From NCBI GenBank assembly GCA_016792665.1, contig JAEUKJ010000541.1, positions 1-59,873 of the forward strand: a stretch of DNA of 59,873 nucleotides. Reading direction: 5' to 3'. The notes beneath the pieces were generated by a model. The model was given only the letters and a program-made list of their open reading frames with translations, did not search any database and was not told the DNA's origin. A program made the position numbers and the translations under genes. This DNA comes from Deltaproteobacteria bacterium (GTDB lineage: Bacteria; Myxococcota_A; UBA9042; PHBI01). How positions within the stretch are numbered: the stretch's first letter is position 1; each line of letters opens with the position of its first letter. Positions 25,606 through 33,499 of this stretch are shown here, one piece after another.

Positions 25606-26603
25606 GGGGCGCACTCCGGCGGTCCGATGAGCAGCGCCCCGGAGGCGTCGCGGCGGCACTCCACCGCGCTTCCCACCGACCAGCACTGGATGCTGCCGAG
25701 CGTGCCGTCGCTGCCGCGGCGCACGACGCCGAAGAAGACGCGCTCGGTCTGGGGCTGGCAGGCGATGGGGCAGGCGTCACAGGCGTCGAGGGCGGCGCCG
25801 CCCGCGGCCAGCTCGGCGACGTCGGCCGAGTCGAGCGCGGTGGTGTAGATGCGCGGGTCGTCGATGTGGCCGCGGTAGAAGGAACTGCGCCCGACCTGGC
25901 GGCCGGACACGGAGTGGACCGCGCCGATCTCCACCGGGACCGCCCCCTGGTACATGCCGGTGAACTCGCGGTTGGCGAAGTAGGCGGTCGCAGAGGCGAC
26001 CCCGTCGACGTACAGGCGGATGCTGCTCGGGCCGGTGCCGCCGACCCAGACGCCGACGATGTGGCTCCAGACGCCGGGGGTGAGGGTCGCCCCGTCGGCG
26101 CCGAGGTAGACCTCGTTGCTGCTGTTCTGTCCGCCGGCCCCGCCGATGAGCATGCGCACGCGCAGGTCGCCGGGGTTCAGGCCGAGGTAGTACGAGAGCC
26201 ACGCGTTGTGGGTGTCGTACTTCGAGATGACGGCGCCGCCCGCCGTGCCGTCGGGCTTCACCCACGCGGAGAGGGTCACGGCCGAGAAGCCGTCGAGGTC
26301 GGCACTGCCTCCGGGATCGACGATGGCCACGTAGTCGTCGGCCCCATCGAAGTACAGCGCCGCGCGGTTGCAGTCGATGCCGGGCAGCGCGCTCGTGCCG
26401 ACGGTGAAGGTCGGGCCGGCAGCGCCGATGTTCGAGGCGAGGTCGCCGGTCACGCCGTGGATGAGCTCGGCAGTGGGGTCCGAGTCGTCGTCGAAGGGCC
26501 ACCAGGCCCAGGGACTGGGGAGGGCCTGGGCCGCGGGCCCGAGCACCATGAGCGCGAGCGCGGTCACCGTGACGGCGACCCTGCTCTCGAGACGAAGCCG
26601 CAT
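25602..26603 (-). CDS. Secreted LamG / concanavalin-A-like lectin domain protein
   Basis: Internal ATG 26603 (MRLRLESRVAVTVTALALMVLGPAAQA). The Laminin_G_3-like pattern is ..ALYFDGADDYV..FSAVTLSAWVKP..WSHIVGVW..IRLYVDG..IDDPRIY. The tail is Cys-rich. Confidence 0.8.
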   Translation of the reverse strand: MRLRLESRVAVTVTALALMVLGPAAQALPSPWAWWPFDDDSDPTAELIHGVTGDLASNIGAAGPTFTVGTSALPGIDCNRAALYFDGADDYVAIVDPGGSADLDGFSAVTLSAWVKPDGTAGGAVISKYDTHNAWLSYYLGLNPGDLRVRMLIGGAGGQNSSNEVYLGADGATLTPGVWSHIVGVWVGGTGPSSIRLYVDGVASATAYFANREFTGMYQGAVPVEIGAVHSVSGRQVGRSSFYRGHIDDPRIYTTALDSADVAELAAGGAALDACDACPIACQPQTERVFFGVVRRGSDGTLGSIQCWSVGSAVECRRDASGALLIGPPECAP

Positions 26604-26753
26604 CGGCTGCTCCCTTGGGCCCCGACGTGACGGTGAGGCGCCCTTGGACGAGCCACGAAAGCCCATCCAGAGAGCGACGTTAGCGGATCACTCCCGCAGC
26701 GACAAGGGGCGCGATGAGGGGCGATGCGGCGCGCCGAGGTGCGCAACAGGCCG

Positions 26754-27104
26754 TCACCAGTTGGACATGGCGCCGAGGTCGAAGACCTTGGTGAAGCCGG
26801 CCGCGCCGAGGATGCGGGCAGCCTGTCCGCTGCGGTTGCCGCTGCGGCAGTAGACCACGATGGGGCGGTCCTTCTTGCCGAGCTTGGCGAGGCGACCGCC
26901 GAGGTCCGAGACCGGGATGTTCACGGCGCCGTCGAGGTGCCCGCTCGCGTACTCGCTGGGCGAGCGCACATCGAGGAGCATCGCCCCGGCCGACACCATG
27001 GAGCGGGCTTCGTTGGCGCGCGCCGAGTCCTTCGGACGCATGAAGTACCAGGCGGCGAAGAGAGCCAGGACGCCGACGATGATGATCTTCAGAGTGCCGT
27101 CCAT
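26754..27104 (-). CDS. Membrane-anchored rhodanese-domain sulfurtransferase
   Basis: N-terminal TM helix IIIVGVLALFAAWYF. Rhodanese active-site loop is VVYCRSGNRS. ATG at 27104 overlaps the thioredoxin stop codon. GTG at 27107 is the alternative start. Confidence 0.85.
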   Translation of the reverse strand: MDGTLKIIIVGVLALFAAWYFMRPKDSARANEARSMVSAGAMLLDVRSPSEYASGHLDGAVNIPVSDLGGRLAKLGKKDRPIVVYCRSGNRSGQAARILGAAGFTKVFDLGAMSNW

Positions 27105-27502
27105 CACGCCCTCGCCCGCTGTGCGCCGTCACGGGCGGCCGCGACGCGGCGCGCCACGTCTTGCATGTCGAGGGCCTTTACCTTGGCGACGAGGTCGTCC
27201 AGGGCGGCCGCGGGGACGACGCCCGGCTGTTGGAAGACGAGGATGCCGTCGCGCAAGATGGCGAGGGTCGGGATGGCGCTCACCTGGAAGGTCGCGGCCA
27301 GGCGCTGCTGGGCCTCGGTGTCGACCTTGCCGAAGACGACGTCGGGATGGCGCGCGGCGGCGGCCTCGAAGATCGGTGCGAAGGCGCGGCACGGACCGCA
27401 CCAGCTCGCCCAGAAGTCCATGAAGACGATCCCCCGCTTGAGGGTCGCTTCGAAGTTCAGCTCCGTGATCTCGATCGTGTTCTTCGTCGTGTTCGTGCCC
27501 AT
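27104..27502 (-). CDS. Thioredoxin
   Basis: Internal ATG 27502 of ORF 27104..27763. An AGGAGG Shine-Dalgarno sequence lies upstream (cataggaggctcggcATG). Active site is WASWCGPC. Confidence 0.9.
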   Translation of the reverse strand: MGTNTTKNTIEITELNFEATLKRGIVFMDFWASWCGPCRAFAPIFEAAAARHPDVVFGKVDTEAQQRLAATFQVSAIPTLAILRDGILVFQQPGVVPAAALDDLVAKVKALDMQDVARRVAAARDGAQRARA

Positions 27503-27572
27503 GCCGAGCCTCCTATGAAGGGGAGAGGCACAGTCGGGGCAAAAGGATTCGACGAGTTTCCGGTGACGATTC

Positions 27573-28229
27573 TCAGCGCTGGCAGGGCGCGTCCACGACC
27601 ACGCCGCGCACGTCGATGTGCAGGGTGTGCGGGGCCTTCTCCTGGCCGCCGAAGTAGGCGGTCCGGAGGAGCCAGGTCGAGACCGGCACCCAGCTCGCGA
27701 CACCGAGGCTGCCGCGCTCTTCATGGCGGTGGCCGTCGACCTCGAGGGACATGCCGCCGTCATCGAAGGTGATCGACACGTCGGCCCATTGGCCGAGCGG
27801 GACCTGCGCGAGCTCGGGCATGGTGCGCTTGCTGTCGAGGTAGCCGTAGTAGCCGAGGCTGACGCGCTCGGTGCGCGGGTTCCAGGCCCAGCCGAGGCGG
27901 ATCGAGTTCTTGTGGATCCGGTTGGTGGTGAAGCCCATGAGCTTGCCCCAGTCGGACTGGTTCTGCGGGTCGGCGGTCGTGTAGCGAACGTCCTCGCGGA
28001 AGCGCACCTGGAAGTGGAGCTGGCGCGAGAAGGACTTGCCGAGGTGGAGCTTGCGCACGCCGTGCGGCTTCGACTTGTGGCGGTTGCGCTCGATCTTGAA
28101 GCCGATGTCGTCGAGGTTCGCGTTGCGGCAGGGGTCGGCGGCGCGTCCCGACGGGGCGAGCGAGGCGAGACCGACGAGGGCCGCGAAGGCCAGGAGGGCG
28201 ATGGGGCGGAGCATGGCCGAGGTCCTCAT
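27573..28229 (-). CDS. Secreted hypothetical protein (possibly a concanavalin-like beta-sandwich)
   Basis: Internal ATG 28229 of ORF 27573..28520 (MRTSAMLRPIALLAFAALVGLASLAPSGRA signal peptide). The start shares one nucleotide with the upstream stop (TGATG). I recognise no motif. Confidence 0.65.
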   Translation of the reverse strand: MRTSAMLRPIALLAFAALVGLASLAPSGRAADPCRNANLDDIGFKIERNRHKSKPHGVRKLHLGKSFSRQLHFQVRFREDVRYTTADPQNQSDWGKLMGFTTNRIHKNSIRLGWAWNPRTERVSLGYYGYLDSKRTMPELAQVPLGQWADVSITFDDGGMSLEVDGHRHEERGSLGVASWVPVSTWLLRTAYFGGQEKAPHTLHIDVRGVVVDAPCQR

Positions 28230-29515
28230 CAGCGGAGCCGATAGCGAAAGCCGACGTTGATGTCGTATGTCGTCGCGCCGCAGCGCGAGGCGGGGCGAGC
28301 GCAGTGACCCGCGACGCAGGCGAGCGCGCCGCAGCTCGCGTCGTCGCTGCACGCGGCGCCCGGCGCGAGGAAGTCCTGGCAGGTGCCGATGCCGCTCGCG
28401 TCCTGGGCGACGCACACGCCAAAGCGGCAGGAGGGCGCGCTCGGGTCGCAGGCGTCGCCGAGCATCGGCTCGAGCTCGCAGAGGCTCGCGTCGCAGACGA
28501 GGCCCTTGCCTTCGCCGCACGGGGCGGCATCGGCCACGCAGCTCTCGCCCGCGGTGTCGGGCACGGATGCGCAGACCTCGCGCGCCTCGTCGCAGGCCAG
28601 GCCGTCGGCGCAGCCGCCGATCAGCGGGTCGCAGCCCGCGCCGGCCGCGAGGCGGGCCTCGCAGGTGCCGGTCTCGAGGGCGACGTCATCGCCGAGGACG
28701 AGGAAGCGGCAGTAGTCGCTGGCGGGGCACTGCTCGTCGTCGGTGCAGGCCCGGCCGCGTGACTTGCGCAATACGCAAGTGGCGTCGTCGCAGTAGGCGT
28801 CGGGCGGGCACTGCGCGGTAGTGGCGCAGGCGTCGCCGAGCGCGACCGAGGCGGGGAGGCAGCGGCCGTCTTCGCAGGTGAGGCCGTCGGCGCAGGGGGC
28901 GAGCTCGGTGTCGCAGCGGGCGCCGCGCGGGCCGAGCGGTTCGCAGGTGCCAGGGCAGGAGCCGTCGCGGGTCACGCAGGCCAGGCCGGGAGCGCAATCG
29001 CCGGCGTCGACGCAGGCGCCGGTCGTGACGCGCCCGACGAAGACGTCGTCGCAGTCGCGGCCGAGAGCGGCCTGCATGTCGGCGGGCGGGGCGCAGGCGA
29101 CCATGGCCGCGCGGGCCTGGCAGGTGGAGAGAGCCGAGGCATCGAAGCGCAGGCGACCCGCGGCGATGCGCGCCTCGAGGTGGGGGCGCTCGGCCTCGCA
29201 GGCCGCGGTGAGGTGGGCCTCACAGCCCAGCAGCAGCTCGCGCGAGACGCCGCTCCGGCAGCCGAGGTGCACGCGGCAGGTGGCGGCGGCGAGAGGCTCG
29301 CACACGTGGTCGAGCCGGACCGGTGGGGGCGTCGGTGAGTCGAGGTCGACCGCGCTCGAGATCGGATCGCCGGGGTCGGGCTGGGTCGGGAGCGGGTCCA
29401 CGGGGTGGGCGATGCCGGGGCTCGGCTCGCGCACGAGCTCGGCAGGGCGGTCGACCTCGCAGGCCGACAGCGGCCACAGGATCGGCAGGCTCGATAGAAA
29501 GGTGACGTATCTCAA
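28229..29515 (-). CDS. Cys-rich repeat lipoprotein
   Basis: ORF 28229..29515 with a TTG start. Lipobox is LWPLSAC. Repeated modules of the type G..C....C..GL.C...G.C are present (for example GDCAPGLACVTRDGSCPGTC, APCADGLTCEDGRC, GGCADGLACDEAREVC). Confidence 0.7.
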   Translation of the reverse strand: MRYVTFLSSLPILWPLSACEVDRPAELVREPSPGIAHPVDPLPTQPDPGDPISSAVDLDSPTPPPVRLDHVCEPLAAATCRVHLGCRSGVSRELLLGCEAHLTAACEAERPHLEARIAAGRLRFDASALSTCQARAAMVACAPPADMQAALGRDCDDVFVGRVTTGACVDAGDCAPGLACVTRDGSCPGTCEPLGPRGARCDTELAPCADGLTCEDGRCLPASVALGDACATTAQCPPDAYCDDATCVLRKSRGRACTDDEQCPASDYCRFLVLGDDVALETGTCEARLAAGAGCDPLIGGCADGLACDEAREVCASVPDTAGESCVADAAPCGEGKGLVCDASLCELEPMLGDACDPSAPSCRFGVCVAQDASGIGTCQDFLAPGAACSDDASCGALACVAGHCARPASRCGATTYDINVGFRYRLR

Positions 29516-29679
29516 GCGCCAGCTCCGGCAACGACGGGGCGCTCGTACTACGGGGCGGTGCGCGAGATCAACGGAATCGTTTGGTCATATGATTCGGATG
29601 GGAGGTCGCCGCGGCGGCTCCGCGGCGCTGGCGCAAGTGAGGCGGAGGCGGCATGGTCGGCGTCCTGACCTGGGAGCCT

Positions 29680-30168
29680 ATGCGCCACATCATCCTGTTC
29701 GCCATGTCCGTGTTCTCGCTCGTCGCCTGTGATGCCCTGGAGGAGAGCCTCCAGGGGCAGGCCGCTCCGCTGAAGGAGCCCGAGCTCCCCAACTGCTCGC
29801 GCGTGCTCACGTGCTGTACGAACCTGAACGGGCAGCGCCTGGTGCCGTCCTCGATCAAGGACGCGTGCATGACCATCGCGGAGCCGACCGACGTGGTCAT
29901 CAGCGAGTACCAGTCGAGCCGCGAGACCATCCGCGGCAATACGGCGACCTCGGCAGAGACCAAGGCGGAGCTCGAGGCGGAGCTGCGCACGCGCTCGCAG
30001 GGCACGCTCGAGCCCGCGTGCCGCTGTCTGCTCGAAGAGACCATCGGTCGGCTCTCGCTGAACAACGTGTTGTCGCCGGCGGACTGCGAGGTCGTTCCGA
30101 GCTCGGGGGCGCTGCCCGAGGGCAAGCAGTGCTCGGACGTGACCGGGGCGGTCACCGACCCGAAGTGA
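29680..30168 (+). CDS. Small hypothetical lipoprotein
   Basis: Internal ATG of ORF 29653..30168 (MRHIILFAMSVFSLVAC lipobox). GC3 is high on the + strand. The antisense ORF 29568..30155 is rejected. Confidence 0.7.
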   Translation: MRHIILFAMSVFSLVACDALEESLQGQAAPLKEPELPNCSRVLTCCTNLNGQRLVPSSIKDACMTIAEPTDVVISEYQSSRETIRGNTATSAETKAELEAELRTRSQGTLEPACRCLLEETIGRLSLNNVLSPADCEVVPSSGALPEGKQCSDVTGAVTDPK

Positions 30169-30187
30169 CGAGGTCGCTCGTCCGGAT

Positions 30188-31162
30188 TCAGGCGACCTCG
30201 AGGCGGGCGTTCAGGGCGTCGTCATTGGGGAGGAGGCCGGGGATGCGGGTGAGCTGGCTCCAGCCGTCGGCCCCGGAGACTGCGTAGACGCCGCTCGGCG
30301 GTGTGGGCGGGACGTGAGCCCACAGGCGGCCGGCCTGGGCGTCGTAGATCGGGGCGTCGGGGCGCAGCGTGACGCGGCGCTCGGCGCTGCTCGTGATGCA
30401 CGCGCCGCGACCGTATGCGAGCTTGCCCATGGGGCTCAGTCGGAGCTGCGTCGAGAGTTGGTCGTTGGAGACCCATCCGCGTACGCGCGTGCCCTCTGAG
30501 AAGCGCGCTTCGACCTCGGTCCAGCCGCGGCCGCGACGGAGCTCGGTGAGAGGGAGCTTGGCCAGGCGTCGGGCCTCCTCGGGTGGGGGGGCGGCGCGCT
30601 CGACGAGGGTGAAGACGGCACCGCGACCGGGGGCGGCGTAGAGGCTCAGTACAGGGCCACGCCACCGGACGGCGGCCGGGCTCGCATGGACCTCGTCGTC
30701 GCGGCGGCTGGGGCGGAGCACGAGGGTGTCGCAGGGGACCTCGACGGGGTCGATGCGCCACTTGGGGCCGAGGTCGAGGTGGGCGCGGAGGCGGTCGCCG
30801 GCGACGGCGTCGGCGACGAGCCAGGTCGAGGCCGAGGCGGTGACGAAGGGTGAGAGGCGACCGGCGCGGCGGACTCCGAGTGGGACGGCGGCGAGCGGGA
30901 CGCGTGCCTCGAAGGCGAGGGGGGACGAGACCGAGACGGTGACTTCGTCGCGGGCGGAGCCGGCGTCGAGCGCGATGTCGACGGCTGCGCGCTCGAGGCG
31001 GAGCGCGAAGGTGGGGCCGCTTTCGGGTTGGACCGGGAGATCGTACCAGTCGCGGGCCAGGCCCTGGAGGCGGCACGGCGTGGCGGCGGCCGGGGGCGCG
31101 GGGAGCGTGGCGAGCGTGAGGAGCGTGAGGAGCGTGAGGAGCGCGAGGAGGTGGGCGAGCAT
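30188..31162 (-). CDS. Secreted hypothetical protein, possibly with SH3b-like C-terminal domains
   Basis: Internal ATG 31162 (MLAHLLALLTLLTLLTLATLPAPPAAA signal peptide). GWTEVEARFSEGTRVRGWVSNDQL resembles the bacterial SH3 pattern. Confidence 0.65.
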   Translation of the reverse strand: MLAHLLALLTLLTLLTLATLPAPPAAATPCRLQGLARDWYDLPVQPESGPTFALRLERAAVDIALDAGSARDEVTVSVSSPLAFEARVPLAAVPLGVRRAGRLSPFVTASASTWLVADAVAGDRLRAHLDLGPKWRIDPVEVPCDTLVLRPSRRDDEVHASPAAVRWRGPVLSLYAAPGRGAVFTLVERAAPPPEEARRLAKLPLTELRRGRGWTEVEARFSEGTRVRGWVSNDQLSTQLRLSPMGKLAYGRGACITSSAERRVTLRPDAPIYDAQAGRLWAHVPPTPPSGVYAVSGADGWSQLTRIPGLLPNDDALNARLEVA

Positions 31163-31356
31163 GGGTCGGGTGGACAACGGCGTGGGCGCGAAGTTCCCGG
31201 GCGGTTCATGCGCGCCGACGTGAGGTCGGTGGCACGACGGGGCGTTGGCGGGCGCGCGCATCGACAGGCGCGGCGTGTCTCGCTACGTTGTCGGCGGAGG
31301 TCCCGATGGCTTGGTGCCGGCGTGCGACTCCGGCCGTACGACGGTGAGGTGACGCG

Positions 31357-32034
31357 GTGATCTTCCGGCAGATGTTCGAGCGTGAGTCGTCGACCTACAC
31401 CTATCTGGTCGGATCGGAGGGGGAGGCCGCGCTCATCGATCCGGTGCGTGAGGAGGTTCCGCGCTATCTGCAGCTCCTGTCGGAGCTCGGGCTGCGGCTG
31501 GTCGTGGCCATCGACACGCACGTGCACGCCGACCACGTGACCGGGCTCGGCGAGCTGCGGGCGCAGACGGGGTGCGTCACGGTGATGGGTGAGCGTGCGG
31601 GGTCGGACTGTGTGACGCGCAAGGTGAGGGACGGCGAGGTGATCGCGGTCGGGGCGCTGCGGCTGACCGCGCTCGCGACGCCGGGGCATACCGATGACTC
31701 GATGAGCTACCTCATGGGGGACCGGGTCTTCACGGGCGACACGTTGCTCATCCGCTCGACGGGCCGCACCGACTTCCAGAACGGCGACCCGGAGGCGCAG
31801 TACGAGAGCCTCTTCGAGAGGCTCTTGAGATTGCCGGAGGCGACGGCGGTGTATCCGGGCCACGACTACAAGGGATGGACGGTGAGCTCGATCGGCGAGG
31901 AGAGGGCGCACAACCCGCGCTTGAAGGCGACCACGCCCGAGGCGTACGTGGCGCAGATGCGGGCGTTGAAGCTGCCGAACCCGAAGCTGATGGACATCGC
32001 GGTGCCGGCCAACCTGGCCTGTGGGCGGGTCTGA
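31357..32034 (+). CDS. MBL-fold persulfide dioxygenase (ETHE1-like)
   Basis: GTG start. The N-terminus IFRQMFERESSTYTYLV is typical of ETHE1. Metal-binding motif is THVHADH, followed by ..TPGHTDDS..GDTLLIR..GRTDFQ. Confidence 0.8.
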   Translation: MIFRQMFERESSTYTYLVGSEGEAALIDPVREEVPRYLQLLSELGLRLVVAIDTHVHADHVTGLGELRAQTGCVTVMGERAGSDCVTRKVRDGEVIAVGALRLTALATPGHTDDSMSYLMGDRVFTGDTLLIRSTGRTDFQNGDPEAQYESLFERLLRLPEATAVYPGHDYKGWTVSSIGEERAHNPRLKATTPEAYVAQMRALKLPNPKLMDIAVPANLACGRV

Positions 32035-32268
32035 CAGGCATGTGACAGGTCCCCGGGTTCGTGGGATCGGTCCTCTGGCGATCTCGCTGCTGCACCTTCG
32101 TCGACACTCTCGATAGGTCTCGGGTCGGCTCCTTGGCTCGCGCGCGAGCTTGCTCCGAATCCCTGAGCCAGAATTCCGATCGACCCTGTGCGGCGTGGGA
32201 CTTGTCCGGCGCGTGGGGGTGGCTATGCGTGGCGGTCGCTCGAGGGGAAGTCGGGCGAGGGGGACACG

Positions 32269-33219
32269 ATGACACTGGCAAAGCAGCGGCTGCCTGGGAC
32301 GACGTATTTCGTGACGGGGGTGTGTGAGCGGCACGAGTTTCGGCTGAAGCCGACGCCGGAGACGCGGGCGGCGTTCGCGTTCACGCTGGTCGAGAGTGCG
32401 ACGCGACACGGGATAGACGTCATCGCGGTGTGCCAGATGTCGAGTCACTATCACGCGGTGGTGTTCGATCGGCAGGGGTGGCTGTCGGAGTTCCTGCGCG
32501 ACTTCCATGGGGTCATGGGGCGGTTTGGGAGCTCGCGGGACGGGGTGGAGCAGACGAAGTTCTGGAGCGCGCAGGATGGGGACGCGGTGGCGCTCGGGGA
32601 CATCGATACGGTGATCGCGAAGGTGGCGTACACGCTGGCGAATCCGGTGAAGGACTTCATCGTGCCGCGGCCGGAGGCGTGGATAGGGGTGATGACGCCG
32701 GTGGCGACGCTGGGGAGTGGGATGGGGACGATCTTTGCGCGGCCGAAGCGGTTCTTCGACCCGGAAGGGTGGACGTCGGAGATGGTGATCATGGGGTCGG
32801 ACTACCCGCATGAGTTCTACGATCTCATGCCCCTCGACACCTTCCGGAGGAAGGTCGCCGAGCGGGTCGAAGCGTACGTGGCCGACGCTGACCGCGAGGT
32901 CAAAGCGGGCCGTCGGCGCTGGTCCGGCGTCGAGAAAGTCAAGAAGGCCTCGGTCTGGCACGCGGCCGACGTGCCGCTGCGGCGCGAGGTTGGGCACCGC
33001 TCAGGGGCGCGGAAGCGCGTAGCCGCAGCCACGAAAGGGCGCGTCCTGGCGATGCTCGCGAGCCTGCTGGCCTTCAGGAAGGCGCGGCTGGAAGCGTGGC
33101 AGCGGTTCCGAAGCGGCCTCCATGACACGCTGTTTCCACCAGGGACTTGGTTCTCGTGGCGGTTCTATGGCGCGCGCCGCGAGCCGGGCGTCGCAGTGCC
33201 GCTCGCGGCCCCGAGTTAG
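32269..33219 (+). CDS. IS200/IS605-type Y1 HUH transposase-like protein (REP-associated tyrosine transposase-like) with a long C-terminal extension
   Basis: Internal ATG of ORF 32188..33219. N-terminus is GTTYFVTGVCERHEF. HUH motif is SSHYHAVV. The catalytic-Tyr motif is VAYTLANPVKD, which fits YxxxNPV. The intergenic DNA upstream is less GC-rich. Confidence 0.7.
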   Translation: MTLAKQRLPGTTYFVTGVCERHEFRLKPTPETRAAFAFTLVESATRHGIDVIAVCQMSSHYHAVVFDRQGWLSEFLRDFHGVMGRFGSSRDGVEQTKFWSAQDGDAVALGDIDTVIAKVAYTLANPVKDFIVPRPEAWIGVMTPVATLGSGMGTIFARPKRFFDPEGWTSEMVIMGSDYPHEFYDLMPLDTFRRKVAERVEAYVADADREVKAGRRRWSGVEKVKKASVWHAADVPLRREVGHRSGARKRVAAATKGRVLAMLASLLAFRKARLEAWQRFRSGLHDTLFPPGTWFSWRFYGARREPGVAVPLAAPS

Positions 33220-33370
33220 ACTCCGCCCAGGCCGACCGCGCTCTGGCGCCATGCGGCCGCCTCGCAGTATCCGCCTCGACCCCCCCCAACTCATCTTGAC
33301 CCGCGGCTATCCACACCCGCCAAGGCCGAGTTGCGCCCAGGGTCCGCCGTGCGCCACCCAGCGCGCTAGG

Positions 33371-33432
33371 TCCGTCGCGACCTTCCCTCGGAGGGGGCGT
33401 AGTTCGTCGCGACCTTCCGTCGGAGGGGGCGT
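33371..33432 (+). repeat. Imperfect direct repeat (2 copies of a 30-bp unit, 32-bp period) downstream of the transposase-like gene
   Basis: tccgtcgcgaccttccctcggagggggcgt (33371..33400) and ttcgtcgcgaccttccgtcggagggggcgt (33403..33432). Confidence 0.85.
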
Positions 33433-33499
33433 GGCGGCACGCCGAAGCACCGGAAAACGACGGCTTGTCTCCAGGGCCAAAGGCTCGCATGATGCCGCC

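Noticed and set aside
31226-31245. A sigma-54-like promoter element (tggcacgacggggcgtt) upstream of the ETHE1-like gene.
   Set aside because: The -12 element does not match TTGC(A/T), and no enhancer-binding protein gene is nearby. The match is likely chance in GC-rich DNA.
32035-33499. A complete IS200/IS605 insertion sequence or a genomic island boundary.
   Set aside because: I could define no tnpB, no clear terminal hairpin pair, no integrase and no tRNA target. Flanking genes look like ordinary chromosomal genes. The RAYT-like domesticated element interpretation is preferred.
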